Of a DNA stretch of 64,000 nt, positions 45,301-58,819 are shown in pieces (position 1 is the stretch's first letter; each line of letters opens with the position of its first letter). Position numbers and translations under genes: made by a program. A model generated the notes under the pieces. It searched no databases, was not told the origin of the DNA, and worked only from the letters and a program-made list of their open reading frames with translations. This DNA is from Phyllosticta citribraziliensis. Lineage: Eukaryota. The stretch is taken from positions 1,054,001 through 1,118,000 of the forward strand of contig NW_027117339.1 in assembly GCF_038025025.1 (NCBI RefSeq), read 5' to 3'.

Positions 45301-48087
45301 ATCATCCTCTTGTTCCTTGCCGTAGAGCTTGGTAGAGCTGTAGACAATCACTGTGCCGCTGTAATCTCCTTCAGGTGCCAGACTCTGCTCGTATTCGTCA
45401 AGAAAGTCAGATCTGACCTGGCGCCGAGTACTCTGCTTCGGGGTTTCTTCGGGAGAAGGTGACTTTCGGCTGGGCTGGTCTCTGGCGCCAAGTAGCTCCG
45501 ATAAGAAACGCTGAGTTTTTTCCGCAGAACTCCATTCTGTGTGAAGATGTGCCAAGTTGGGCGAAACGGTTTGGAACTGCTGCTGGAATCCATGGGCCAT
45601 TTCTGGGGTGACTGGGGTGGATCCATGATAAGAATCAAGTATCTCGCGAACCTTGGTATATCCTTCGCTGTCCAGGGTAAACCGGTTCTCTGCAGGATGG
45701 TGAATGTGCGGGGTCCAGTCAGCAGACCGAGGGTCGTGGCTAGGGTCATAGTTGTTGCTGTCCACAGCCACACCGGTCAAATCTTCCGGTGCAACAGAGG
45801 AATACCGATCGTCATAAAGAGACTCTCGGCTGTTTCCCAACTCGTTGCCCTGCCAACGAATGGCATGCTCCTCCAGAGTTGGACCTTGTATTGACCACAA
45901 CGGCGGCGTCTCCTCGAGCGAGGAAGCTGGCCCAAGCATGATGTCAATGGAACCAGTGTTTGGTTGCTCCGAGGAACTCTCATCTGTGAATTCGGTCGGT
46001 GTGTTGCTAATGCGCGACTGCCGCAGATGCATCACCGAGTCGAGGATGTTGGAACTGTCGTCGGCGTCGTTTCCATGGCCGACAACAGTCTGGTTGTCGT
46101 GCTCCTGGGCTGGTTCTGGGTTATTTTGCAACAGTTCAGAGTCGGACTCGGATGGGGATGTGTCATCAAATTTTGACTCTGGTTGTGGAACCAGTGGGGG
46201 CGCGAGAACTCCCAAGATGGGAGATTCATCATTTTCGATCTCTGTTGCTGCCGTTGGTGGAGCTTCACTTTCTTCCGTGAGTGGTGGAATATCGGTTGTC
46301 TGCAGTGATAGATTCCTTCCTCGTGATTCTGATCCTGCTGAATCTTCACGCGTCTCTTCCTCAGCCTTTTCGGTTTCGTATATCTGCTGCGGCTGCGCAT
46401 CTGGGGCCGGTGAAGTGGGGCTCACGGGCCGAGACTCCACCTGCACGCGCGTTTTGGATTCGGCGCGCGGAGCCTGTGCCTTGACTCCGCGAGCTCTCAT
46501 CGATTTCTCAATGGCAGCGCGCCGATCTGCAATGCTCGGGCCGCCGCAGCTCGTGCGAGCAGTAGACCACGCCAAATCTTTGGTCTTCGTTTTTGAAGCC
46601 ACAGCGTGTTTTGTCGCCGGGCCTGAGGATGAACTGGGGATTCTTGACTTTTCAGAGACTTTGGCTCTCGAGGAGGCGGTCGAAGCGGCCGAGACCGTTT
46701 GTCGGGGCCGGGAACTGCGTAGGACTGGAGAAGTCGGCAGCGGAGGAACTTTGACTTGGACCGGAACCTTTGGTCCATCCACCGAGCCTCTTTTGGCAGA
46801 CCCATGCCTCTGGGCACTCGAGGGAGTGTTTTCTTTTCCGTGAGCTCCTTTGTGTAATGATGGTGACGCAGGCTGGTATCTGCGATCACTCATCCTCGAG
46901 TTGGCTCTGGAATGAAGGGGCGATGGAATCGATTCGGAGTTTAACGAAGTTCGTCGGGAGGTAGGTAGGGGTATCTTGGAAAAGGTGGGAGAGCGAACTT
47001 GCTCAGTTGAAGAGGACATCTGTTCATCGAACTGGTCAATTGAGTTCGCATTGATCTGTGCCTCGGTTGCGAGTGACAGGGGCAAGCCGCTCAGATCACT
47101 CTTGGATTTCCGGTGGGCTTGAGCTGACGCAGGACGGTCCTGAATTGTCGTCTCGGCTGTCTTGAAAGACTCCGGCGATCCGTAGGCAGTGTAATCCTGC
47201 GCAGTCAGAAACCGGGGGCCAGATCCAAGCGCGCCCCCGTCCCACGAGCCACTGCGATGCCGCGCAGCGGCGTTGATGCCGTATCCTGGAGACTCTGACG
47301 GTTGCGCATCTCGCGGCAGTTCGCCAAACAACAGCGGCCGTCCCGAAAGGTTGGAAACCGAATGAATGCTGCTCACCGACTCTGAAGTATTGTGCCGGGA
47401 ATGGCGCTTCCCGTCCCGCTTGGGCGTACTTCTTGAGCTTGTTCCACCGTTCAAAGCACTGCTGCCATTCGACGCTTTTATGGACTCGACAGGGCTCGTG
47501 TGACCGGCGTCCTTGTCATGTGTCGAGGCGACGTTCTGGGACGGAGTCGAGGCGGGCGAGCTGGCGTGGCGAGGTGTGGGACGAAATGTCGGGGCGGGTT
47601 TGCGAAGCTTGGAGGGCCCCGAGCCGTCGTTTGCGGTCGTAGGCTGGTTGAACTTGTTTACCAAGTTCTTGACTGCAGGACGATGGGTGTTTGTCGAGAC
47701 AGTGCTGGTGCTGGAGCCATTCGGCACGGGTATCGAAGAGGCGGGATTGGAAACGGAGCGGAGGTTTTGGCGCGCCGACTTTAGAGCAGGAGAGGGTGGC
47801 TTGGTATCGTGAGAGACGCGGTGTGGAGGAGGGTTTGGACGCGAAGACACAGTGGCCATGGCGCCGCCGTTGACGACCTTGTCCGACTGAGGAGAGCAAG
47901 TGGATGAGGAGAAGGGACCCTGACGATAGAAGTCGTCTGGGTCACGGACGTCTGGAGCATTAAGCGAGTCGTCGTCGTCGTGGGGTAGGGATCCATTCGC
48001 TAGATAGGCGGCTCGGCAGTCCCGTTGATGGTCGAGATAGCTTGAAGGCGCAGAGTCGGTCCACGATTCGATGTCCTCTTGCTGCAT
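42335..48087 (-). CDS. Rho GEF with DH and BAR domains and a C-terminal SH3-like segment (Tuba/Gef1-like); introns 43629-43677 and 42452-42503; start codon uncertain
   Basis: RRYVVKELIDTE...LIVKPTQRFLKYAMLL DH domain; KFGGHFFQLQIVMRDVEKY BAR region; FLAASLFEFN...GWIWEKHF; long disordered N-terminus. Confidence 0.85.
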
Positions 48088-48748
48088 TGTTCATAGTCTC
48101 CGTGCCGGGCCACGCCAGACGCCGGGGGCTCCAGGCAGAAGGGCACAGGCAGGGAACAGCAGAGGCGAAGAGTGACGGCTACGTAGCAGGTGGGAGGGGA
48201 TTGCGGCGTTGGGCAGGATGGCCGTCGAAGGCGGGGCCAATGGAGAGGAGCGAGTAAAGCGAGTGTCGGAGGTCGTGTCGTGTCGTGGTTGTGGGCGCAA
48301 GCAAATGATGGTGGAGCTCAGGGTATGGCCGCTCCAGCGCACAGCAGAGGGAGCGAATCAGCAGCCGCGTGGCCAGGCAGGAGGGATGAGTTGTTTCACG
48401 ACCAGGGCTGGCGACCGGCAGCGGTATATCGATTTCGGGCGACTGCGGCCGGACGGGCAGGCTAGCCGGGTCGGTCTGGATTGATGGGCGCGGTCTGTTG
48501 GACGTTGTCGCGAGGTGCTCAGACAAATCGAGGGCACGCACAGAAGACGTTGGACCGAGTGGGGCTGCGTTGCGGTGCGGTGCGGTGCGCTGCGCTGCGG
48601 GCTGAGACGGGACGGACGGCAGGTAGGCAGGCAGGCAGGCAGATGGATGGGCTAGCTCGCACGGATGTCGAGATGAGATGGGGAGGAGAGGGAGAAGGAC
48701 GAGTGGCAGGAGAGGGCGAGGGAGGAGGAGGAGAGCGAGAGCGAGAAC

Positions 48749-48775
48749 GACTGGACTGGACTGGACTGGACTGGA
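48749..48775. repeat. (GACTG)n pentamer repeat in the GEF/TERT divergent intergenic region
   Basis: gactggactggactgg...; nearby (GCAG)n and a T18 tract at 49061-49078. Confidence 0.85.
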
Positions 48776-49443
48776 CGGGGAAGAGGAAGAATTGGACTTT
48801 GGACTGGATTGGTGCTGGGCTGGCTGGTTCGTCTAGCACCAGCTGCGGTGCTGGGCAACGCACAGTACAGACGGACGGCGGGAGATGGGCGTTTGGGCGG
48901 GCCAATCAGCCACGAGATTGCAGCAGTGAGATGACGACCGATTGAACCTCTACACATTACTGTAGCTGGCCTGACGTCTGGATTCCGACATGTCGTAGTC
49001 GTCAACCAGCAGCCACACGCTCTGCTTCCCCTTGAGCCATGCGACAGCGCCTCCCGCACCTTTTTTTTTTTTTTTTTTCCTTCTCTCTCTTTTATTTTTC
49101 CCCCTCTCGTTCTTATTTTATTTCCCGTGGCGGCCGCCAAGGTCCACCCGACCCGACAGCAGCACTCGACCACCCACTGGACGGCACCCACGGTCGGCCG
49201 GGGGCCCGCCCCAGGCCCCAGGGTGCGCCAGGCAATCTCAACGCCCTCCGGCCCTCCCTTCAAGCTTCTCCTTTCCCCTGTCTCCCCTCCCTCTGTCGGT
49301 CCGCCAACTACGGATGCCTCCCTGATACCACCTCCGCTGACACCTCTGCTACGCATCATCATTGCTCCGGCGACGACGGCGTAAACACCACACCGCGCCC
49401 CGGACCTCCACCACGCGTGCACCACACCCGCCCACCCACGCCC

Positions 49444-52400
49444 ATGGCCTCCAAGCCCAAGGCTGCCCGCGCCCACGACGATCAGCCCTCAGCCCCGTCG
49501 TCTCCGTCTCCGTCTCCGTCTCCGTCGGCCCCCTCGCCCCCTGTCGCACATCCGCTCCTGCAACAATTCTATCCCTCCGTGCTCACCTTGCGCCAGTACC
49601 TGCTCGTCAAGCTTGCCGCCACGTCCAACCGAAAACACCGCAAAGTCGCACACTTGGCCTGCTCACCCGCCCTGTGCGCGCTCCTCGACCAGACCTGGGT
49701 CGGTTGCAGTCCAGCCCCTTCCCCGGACGCCCGCTCGGCCCTCGACCACGACTTGGACAACTTTTCCCAAGAGACGACTGCTTCTCCCGTCCACCCCGAG
49801 CTCCAGTCGGAGGTGAGTCCGCATAATTCTGCCTTGCTTCACCTCGACTCGCAGGTTTGATCAACATGCGCTCGTTTGAACATCTGGGAAACATCATCTC
49901 TCACCTGTGACGCGACAGCTCCCTTGTCCAACGCTTGCTGCTTCATCTTCAGCCTCTCCCTCTGACAGCTGCTCCAGATTGTGCATTTCGTCATCCGTTC
50001 TCTGTTCAAAAAGTACCCACACCATCAGCGCCCTCCTCACATCCTGTGCCGTGGTTTTCAACGTGCTTCCTTCGCCGCAAGTGACGCGCCTCCGGGACTA
50101 TCAGGGGTCGTCTCTTCCCAACCCAATCGCCATGTAGACACGCTCAAGGGCCCGCCGTGGTCCGAATTGCTCGTAGCCCTGGGTCGCGGCGGCGAATCCA
50201 TCATGATTGAGCTCCTGATGAGCTGTGGAATTTTCATTGTGCTACAAGGCTCGTGTGGAAATTGCTACCAGCTAAGCGGTGAGTACGACGGTTAAAACAT
50301 GTGGCGCATGTCTGAGACCGAGACAGGGACGCCTCTGACCGACATTGACCCAACCACGCCCGCCAGGGCTCTACAAAACCATTGTGGGCAGGACAAGCCC
50401 TCAAACCCTGTTGCCGGAGCGGAAGCTAAGCGGCACGCGCAAGCAAGGGATAGCCTGACATCCATCAGGTTTGTCAGAAGCCGGATTCTGTATGCCAGAG
50501 CAGCTTTGAACGCGAGGGGTAGAGTGAGATTCGGGCTCCGCCATATCCGTACGGCTTGTGAAGCTTCCTCTGCAGCGAATCCGACTAAGTCTCGCAGATG
50601 TCTTCAACAGGTTTCCTGATCATGCGTCGTTTGCGCAGACACTTCATGTGATGAAGCACATTTTCCCTCGGCAATTCGGCCTGCACAATGTCTTCACCTC
50701 CAAGATCGACTACAGGGAAACATCTCATCCATTCAAGGACTACACTTTACGAGAAAAAGAAATTGCTTATGCCCAGCTCAGCAGGATGACGAAGCTGGAC
50801 ACAGCCACCGCCGAAGCACGAGATGCGATTCCAAAGAGACTCCGAGGTCAAGCGGTTGATCTCGTCCGTAGGCTGAGAACGCTGCACAATCGATGCGCGT
50901 ACGTTGAACTGTTGCGCCATTATTGCCACAGCAGCATTTTCGATGCGCGCAAGACCAGTACTGCTTTTCTCGACGTTGCAAAAAACTCGACAGTGACGTC
51001 TGTGGAAAAGGACCACGATGATGGCCCCTCGAGCCCAATTCTTGCATCCCAACCTGACCGCGCACCGTCGAGGCCAATCAACGCGGGTTCTGTTGACAAG
51101 GTTTGCTTCACAGACTTTGCAACCCCGAGTTCTCAGGTATCGGCATTTTGTCGCGCGGTCATGAAGAATGTCGTTCCCAATCAGTTCTGGGGCGAGGGCG
51201 AGATTCAAGAGCATAACAAGCGCGTCTTCCTGAAGCATGTTGACAGGTTTGTGTGTATCCGCCGCAATGAAAGCCTGACACTGCATCAAGTGCTCCAGGA
51301 CATCAAGGTATGCATTCCAGATGGTTGATGGGCGTGGTGCTAAACTCTGAAGATATCTGAAATCGATTGGCTTCGGCCTCCTAATGTGCTTGCAGGACAA
51401 AAGATGTCCAAGAGCGATTTCGAAAAGCGCAGGGAAATATTCCAAGAACTCGCCTACTACCTCTTCGACTCGTATCTCATCCTCCTGATTCGTTCCAATT
51501 TCCACGTAACCGAGTCCAATGTCGATAAAACCCGTCTCTTTTACTTTCGCCATGACGTCTGGAGGATGCTTGCGGAGCCAGCGATTTCCAAACTCAAAAG
51601 AAGCATGTTTGAAGAGGTCAAGGGCGAAGAATTCCGTCGACTATCGGCCAGGACTCGGCTGGGCTACAGCCAGGTCAGACTTCTGCCCAAGAAAACTGGG
51701 GCTCGTCCGATCACCAATCTACGGAGGCGCATGCAAACTACCGTAAACGGCAAGACGATGCTCAGTCGCAGCATCAATTCGATAATGAGACCGGTGTTTT
51801 ACGTGCTAAACTATGAAAAGGTAAGGCATGAGCTACATTCGTGGTGCGTGTGAAGTACTCAATCCCCCGAGCCTACAAGACTCGAGAGGCGGACCTCAAT
51901 GCCATGAGCTTTATTTGGTCAAAGTTGACTCGCGATCGACAGTCTGCACAGCCGCACCTCCTTGGCTCGTCCATGTTCTCTGCCGGTGACATTTTCCCCC
52001 GCCTCACGGCGTTTCGATCGTCTTTGCAAGACAGAGATTTGGCGGGCAGTCCTCTATATTTTGCCAAGGTTGACGTCAAGTCTTGCTTCGACACAATTCC
52101 CCAGAAAAGGCTGGTGCAACTCGTGGAGAAAATCCTGCGGCTGGAGGAGTACCGAGTTGCCAAACATGTCGAGATACAAGCGGCAGCGCCATACAAATAT
52201 TCGGGCAACGTTTCATCGACGGTCAAACCCGTCAAGAGGTACGTGTCAACGGGCAAGGCAGCTGGTGAAACACGCAGCTTCGACGACAGCCTAAAGTGTG
52301 ACAAGAATATGAGCCGTTCCAACACAGTCTTTGTCGACGGGGTTGTCGAACAGGTTCAGCGCAGGAATGGCGTGCTTCAGCTGCTGGCCGAACACGTCGA

Positions 52401-53714
52401 ACACAACATTGTCAAGATTGGCAAAAAGTACTATCGGCAGAAGCAGGGCATTCCGCAGGGGTCCGTCCTCTCGAGCCTCTTGTGCAATTTTTTCTACGCC
52501 GACATGGAGATGAAGCTTCTCGGCTTCTTGTCAGGCGACGACGACGTGCTGCTGCGTTTGATTGACGACTCGCTGCTAATCACGACGAGACGCGAGCACG
52601 CCGAGCGGTTTCTACGAATCATGCAGGCCGGAAATGCCGACTATGGAATTGGCATCAAGAAGGAAAAGACGCTGGTGAATTTCGACCTGGTTGTGGACGG
52701 GACCCCAGTGCCAAGGGTGCCACTCAAGACAAGTTTCCCTTTCTGCGGCACCATGATCGACACGGAGAGCCTCAACCTCGGCAAGGAGCAAAAGCCGAAG
52801 AGTCGGCGCGGTAAGGTTTGTGGTGATGTAGTCGTGATACGAGACTGACGCAATCGGCAGCGGTGCAAGATGGGTTGACGGTGGAATTCTCCAAACTGCC
52901 GGGGCAGACGTTCCACCGCAAGACGCTCAAGTGAGTTGGCCAGGGAGGTTCAGAGGTTGGCCTGGTGGGCAGGGGAGGCTGGCTAACGGAAGTGCGACGA
53001 ATGACTAGTGCGTTGAAGATACAGCTTCACGGCATGTTTCTCGACACGAGCTTCAATGAATTGGCGACGGTGTTGACGAACTTGTACCAATGCTTCGTCG
53101 AAGCCGCGCAGAGAAGCTTTGAATACTTCAGGAGCTTGACGGAGAGCGGGCGGCAGCGGTGGAGGAGCAGCGAGGTCCTCATCAGTAAGCAACGTCCAGA
53201 AAAAGTCCACTTTTGCAGAATATTTTGGTCGAGGGCGGATTTGGATCGCCGGGCTAGCGCGGTTGATCGCTGCTCGTGTTTTTTTGCACACGGCGGGTGA
53301 TCAGCAGCGGTGGGGAGGAGGGGCGACGATTGTGGGAGGATGTACAGATACGAGAGGCGCTAACTTGGGTGATGACGACGACAGAGACGGTCGAGGATGT
53401 GTGGACGCTGGCGGCTGGCATGATGGACAGGCAGAGACGGCGGCGGGCGAAGGACGACGAGGTGCACCGAAGCGACGTCAGCCGACGTCACGGGCGATGG
53501 TGAGTTGTTTCGTAGGGAGACGAGTTTGGGACGGGCCGTGGCTGACTTTGTTTGTAGGCTGGCATGCTGTGCCTTTGATCGAGTGTTTCGGCGGCGCCAG
53601 ACAAAGCACGCCGCTTTCGTGCAGTGGTTGCGCGCCAGCCTGGCGCAGGCATGTCCATCGTCGCGCGCCGACCGAGGCTTGCTAGAGCGCGTAGTAGGAC
53701 GGACTGGACTGTAA
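49444..53714 (+). CDS. TERT: Telomerase reverse transcriptase; 10 exons (introns 49813-49977, 50279-50326, 50549-50597, 51308-51352, 51821-51942, 52811-52860, 52931-53008, 53185-53384, 53500-53557)
   Basis: TEN (HILCRGF, CYQLSG), IFPRQFGLHNVF, T motif FHVTES...FYFRHDVW, motifs 1/2 RLLPK/RPITN, A KVDVKSCFD, B' GIPQGSVLS, C LLRLIDD, E FPFCG; all exons join in frame. Confidence 0.95.
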
Positions 53715-54079
53715 CTTGGCGGGTACCTGGAAGTGTATCTAGGACAATGACGGGGATTGATGCATGCGTGCGTGAGCCCAGCCTTGTCTTCCTTTCCTGT
53801 TCCCTTCTTCCTGCCCCCCGGGTTTTGCTCTCGCCTTTGGCAGCGCGCTCCCCGCTACCAGACGGGCGACGGTGGTTATTACTTGCAGCCAATTTCCTCC
53901 CCTATGCGCTGCTCCACTCCCCTCCCTCCGGTCTGCAGTTCTCGACCCTCCTGTCTCCGGCGGCACGTCCTGCGAGCTGTCCTGCGCGCGCTCCGCGGCC
54001 GTGCATTTCGTTATTAAGGATCCTCGACGCCCAAAGCGGTTACGCCCTCGACGGCGCGACCGGGGGGTGCCCCTTCACC

Positions 54080-56751
54080 ATGCCCGCAACTTCCTGCTCG
54101 ACAGACGCCCCGTTGTACCTCTATCCCCCCCGTTTCCTACACGACCACCACTCCGACTCCGACTCCGACTCCTGGCCCAGCCTCGCCAGCATTTTAGCCC
54201 TCTCCCCTCTCCCACATCATCATCATGATTTCCTCTACCCGCTAAAGCCCACGGACGGCCACGCTCTTTCATCGTCACCACACCCACACTCGTTCAAGCC
54301 TTTCCACTTCCGCTTCTCCGCTCCCGCTGCCGCCGCACTCGACCACGGCCGCCCCCGACTCCGCTCTCTCCTGAAACCAATGCCTGCAACAACACCAACC
54401 ATGCACTTCCCAGCGCCAGCTCCAGCTCCCGACTCGCCTCCCGACCTGACAGACTCCAAGTCGTCCAAGTCGTCGTCGCTGCGCTCGCCCAGCCTCTCCG
54501 ACCTGACGGGGCCTCAGGACAACTCGCACTTTGAAGAAATCACCCTCGACGACGTCAAGTCGCTGCCCCGGTATGACAACCCTTCGGCCACGGGCGACAA
54601 GCGAGACTCGGCCAAGGCCTTTGCAATCCGCAGTCCAATGGCTCTTCCTGGCACCCAGCCGCGGGCAAACGGCGCCGTGGGAACAGGCGCCATCCGGGAT
54701 TTGACAAACGGCGCGAAACCAAAGTATCCGGGGTTACAAGCTCAAATCAATGGCGCAACCAAGAACTCTTCGTCCAATCTCAGCCTACCCAGTCGCAAAG
54801 CCCCCCGCCGAAGCGTCACGGCCTCTGCTGCTCCTTCGCTTCTCTCTCCCGGGCGTCCGCCGAGGACCCCATCGCCGGGAGGCTCTTCCTCGCGTTCTAC
54901 TCGCTCTCCGCGCCACCGGTACACTGCACCTCCAGCCTCTCCCACCGGCCGCTCGCGCTCCGAGCTCGACTTCAGGCCCGGTTCCATGCCCACGGTTCGC
55001 CGTCAGTCATGGCAACCCGGGCGCAAGACTGTCGAGGAATTGGAGGCCGAATACCACGATTCTGATGAGGATCTGCCTGACGATGCCGTCATGTGGAATG
55101 TACCCATGTCGCCACGTCCACCGCACCAAAGAATGTCTCGCTCGCCTTCCATGTCCTCGGTTGCAGAAAGCACAATCTCCGAGAGGCATCATGCTTCTGC
55201 GCCGGCGGTACTTGGCGAAGCTTCGCGTACTAGGTCGCCAAGCAGGTCGACCACGGGATCGTATGCGGCGTCAACCCACAGCAGCATCCCTGAAGACGGC
55301 GAACTCAACATCTCGCGGACCAAGTCATGGACGGACGCGTTGGGCGACATGTCCAAGGAGGCCAGGGAGCTGACGGAGGCTTTGGAAGAGTTTGCTGGAG
55401 AATCGGAGAGGCAACGGGAGGCCAGGATCCAGAGCGGTGCGGCCTCAGCAAGGCCCTCGGTGGAGAAGAATGCTACCAGACCGGCCATGGTCCAACTACC
55501 GCCCGTCCAAAAAGGAAATATCATGATAGATCCTCTACCAGTTAGCAAAGAGAAGGAAAAGGTACTGAGCAGGACACGGCCAAGCTGGCTGCCGCCAAAA
55601 AGCCAGAAGGAGGAGCGCAAGCACCTGAAGGAATACCAGAGAATGATGGTGCATGCTCAAGAAGCTGGTGAGTGACTTTGCGGATCAAGGTAAGAACTGG
55701 ACTAACAATGAGACAGAAAAGCGAATGGTTGCCAAGCAACAGGAGCTTAACGCCCAGCGCGACGACCAGCAGAATTCGCTCTTCCGAATCTGGGAGCAGC
55801 ACGTCATCCCCAACTGGGATGCGGTCATCATGTCACCCCGGACTCGTGAGATCTGGTGGCACGGAATCACACCGCGCAGTCGTTGCGAAGTCTGGAAGCG
55901 AGCCATTGGAAACGATCTCGGATTGTCGGAGACGAGCTTTAATGCGGCATTGAGGAGAGCCAAGGCGCTAGACGCGAAGCTGTCGAAGCTTGGCCCGAAC
56001 CAGAGCAGTGCTCGGGAGGCCGTTTGGTTTGAGAGCATCCGGCGAGACGCGAACGAGGCCTTTCCAGAGCTCAAGATCTTTCAGACTGGCGGTCCGCTCC
56101 ACCAGACTCTGATCGACGTGCTCATGGCGTATTCAATGTACCGCTCTGACGTGGGCTATGTCCATGGCACTCATGTAAGCTTTCGTCCTTGCCGTCTGCG
56201 ATGGACTTACTAACACTTCACAGCTCACTGCTGCCCTTCTCATCCTCAACATGTCTCCTAGCGACGCCTTTATTGCCCTCGCAAACATCCTCAACCGTCC
56301 GCTTCCCATGGCCTTCCTCGTCCACGACACAAACGCCATGCGTCGCGCGCACGATCTCGTTCTCCGGACTCTTGCGTACAAGCTGCCGCGCCTTCACACC
56401 CATCTCACCAAAACCCTGGCCCTGGCGCCGGAAGAATTTCTTGATCCACTATTCCGCACTTTGTTCTGCTGTCGCGGCGCAGGCCTCGACATTGCCAGTC
56501 GCATTTGGGACGTCTACGTGTTCGAAGGCGACAAGGCTCTGGTGCGCGCTGCGGTCGGCACGCTTGATGCCTTGGAGGGCAGGCTGTACGGCGAGAAGCA
56601 AGAGGTTCTGGAGTTGCTTGGTTGGAGAATGCCAGACAACTGGGCCATTGCCGACGAAGATGCCTTCATGCGTGGCGTTAGGAACGCTGGCAAAGTCGAT
56701 GCTCAGGGTGTCGAGAACAGCCCAAGTCCCATGGGTCGTGTTGAGAAGTAA
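54080..56751 (+). CDS. TBC-domain Rab GTPase-activating protein (TBC1D12/14-like); introns 55668-55716 and 56175-56223; start may instead be 54380
   Basis: LSRTRPSWLPPK, WWHGITPRSR..VWKRAIGNDL, YRSDVGYVHG, SRIWDVYVFEGD; CACCATG context at 54080. Confidence 0.85.
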
Positions 56752-58793
56752 ACGTCTCCACGAGGCTGAGATTTGGACGAGGGGCAGGAACCCTTTGAGG
56801 GTGTGATCCAACCAATCGACCGAGGCTGTGCGAAACACCCGCTGTCTGTGCCTCTGCGGTACGAGGTCTCCCTCCAGTCAGAAAGATGGCATGGACGATC
56901 GATCGAACGCTGCGCCGAAAATTTCTTCGCTGCACCCGCGACTGGGAAAGATTTGGACACATTCCCTCGAACTCCACGATCCAAAGAAAAGAAGTTTTGG
57001 AGAGCAGAAGCCATTGAGGAAACTCGCGTCTGTTGCCAGTACCCCATCTTTGCTGCTGGCCAACGTCACACCAACGGCCTACCCCAACGCCCAATGACAC
57101 TCGTGCAAGAGCGCACTGGGCTTCTTCCTTGCCTCATGCGCACTCGTCCGGCCTTGCTTGGGCTTTTTGACTTCAACTTTATACCCATGTCGGTCGACCT
57201 CTTTCGATCCGACCCGCTATGTACCGCGCAACCCTCCTTCCCGTTGACCCTGTGCTTCTTTTCGGTCATTCGATGCCCCGAGCTCTTGTTCTCGGGGTCG
57301 CAACCTGTTCAATTTCTCCCAGTGTCATCTTGCATCGACGACGGCGCCGCTAGCGGCCAAGTCTGACGGTCGGCCTCTTCCTTCTTTTCAGCTTCCCCAT
57401 TTCACGTTTTGTCCCGTCATTTTGAAGCGAGATTTTCTTGTTTTAGCACTCTTCCTTTCTCTTGGGTAATCAGAACTGCCAAGGAGAGCGGAGCAACGGC
57501 GAACACATTATTCATATCACTCCGACCACACGCATACGATACACACACACGAGCCCTGCGAGTCTTCTTACAGTCACACACACTCATGTACAAAAAGTTT
57601 CATTGCTGGGAGGCAGTGTTGCCTCCTCGACAGACTCGACAGAGACCACCATCATCGTCTCTTTGTCCAGGTGCATCAACTCGGCCTCCTCGTCCTCTTT
57701 CATTCTTCTCTAGCCCCTTCCTATCCCTTCACTTCTCTTCTTCTATTATTACCCTTCTGAGGCACCACTTACATGCATCCACCCACCTTGTTCTTCTCTT
57801 TCCCTATGCCTTAGGCACTAGATGTATAGCTTGGGACCGCTGGGTCTTGTGGCGTCTACCTCCCTCGACTCCGCTTCGGTCAAGATGTTGACTCCGATTG
57901 GCTTTCTCCCCTGTCTCATCGACTCTAAATATCAATGTATAAATACGAAATACAAAAGGTCAAATATTCTTGCTTCGCGCTGCTGTCGTGATTCAATCAT
58001 TTCCCGCAAAGCATGGCCATGGTCCAGTCGCGCGTTCGTACTCACATGCGACTAACACATTACTGCCTCAAACGCTCGTCTACTCGTCCTCTTCCGTGTG
58101 CATGTGCTCTCCGGCGAGCCCTTGCGGCAATCGACCCCCCTTTTCTCTCTGGGCGGTGGCGCTACACCGCGTTCAAGCCTCTACAAGCCTCGTCAAGCCG
58201 CCGTGATCCCTCTTGGGATGCGCCACGCCGCAGGCCGAGATAAGCTTTCGGACCGCGCCACCACCACCACCACCGGCGGCGGCACCACAAGACAGTAGTG
58301 GCGCACGAATAGGGGCGTGGGTCAGGAACAGGAACCAGGAGGAGCAGCCACCGCTGCTGCTGCTGCTGCCGCGGGTGCCGGTGCGCGATGCGACTCCTTC
58401 TGGACGGCAGGCAGGCAGGCAGGCACGTGTCGGCTTGGTTGATTGATTGAGTGAATGGTTGTTTGATTGGCTGCTCTACCTCTAGAGTAGAGCCTTCGCG
58501 TAGAGCAATTTCCGGGGTTTTTACCTAGTAAAGAAGAAATTAGAAGAAGAAGAAGAAGACAGGACGGAAAAACCGTCTGCGGCATTTTGCATCCATCCCT
58601 TAACCGAGAAGCTTGCTAACCACACACCCGTCGCATGTGTTGCGCTTGTCCGCTTTGTATCCAGCGCGCAGCGGAGAAGCTTGCGCTCAACGACTCAATC
58701 TCCAACGCCTTTTCAATGATGATGGTTGTCAGCCTTTTCTCCTCCATGTTTGTTGTTGGAGTGTTGGTTTAATTCGTTAACTTGCTTCTCCGT

Positions 58794-58819
58794 TTGCTTG
58801 CTTGCTTGCTTGCTTGCTT
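58794..58819. repeat. (TTGC)n microsatellite
   Basis: ttgcttgcttgc... read directly. Confidence 0.85.

Noticed and set aside
45845..46843. Long antisense ORFs (also 28209-28985, 19669-20490, 60769-61659)
   Set aside because: Shadow frames of GC-rich genes on the opposite strand.
49039..49443. In-frame N-terminal extension of TERT from ATG 49039
   Set aside because: It runs through a T18 tract and promoter-like low-complexity sequence. ATG 49444 is more plausible, but not proven.
49444..53714. Retrotransposon reverse transcriptase
   Set aside because: It has TEN and T motifs and nine spliceosomal introns, and no LTRs, gag or integrase. It is cellular TERT.
53624..54079. Apparent TERT/TBC coding overlap from the ORF track
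   Set aside because: That ORF starts at a GTG in GC-rich stop-poor DNA. The first well-placed ATG is at 54080.
58717..58773. 18-aa hydrophobic micro-ORF (MMMVVSLFSSMFVVGVLV)
   Set aside because: Too short, T-rich context, no independent support.
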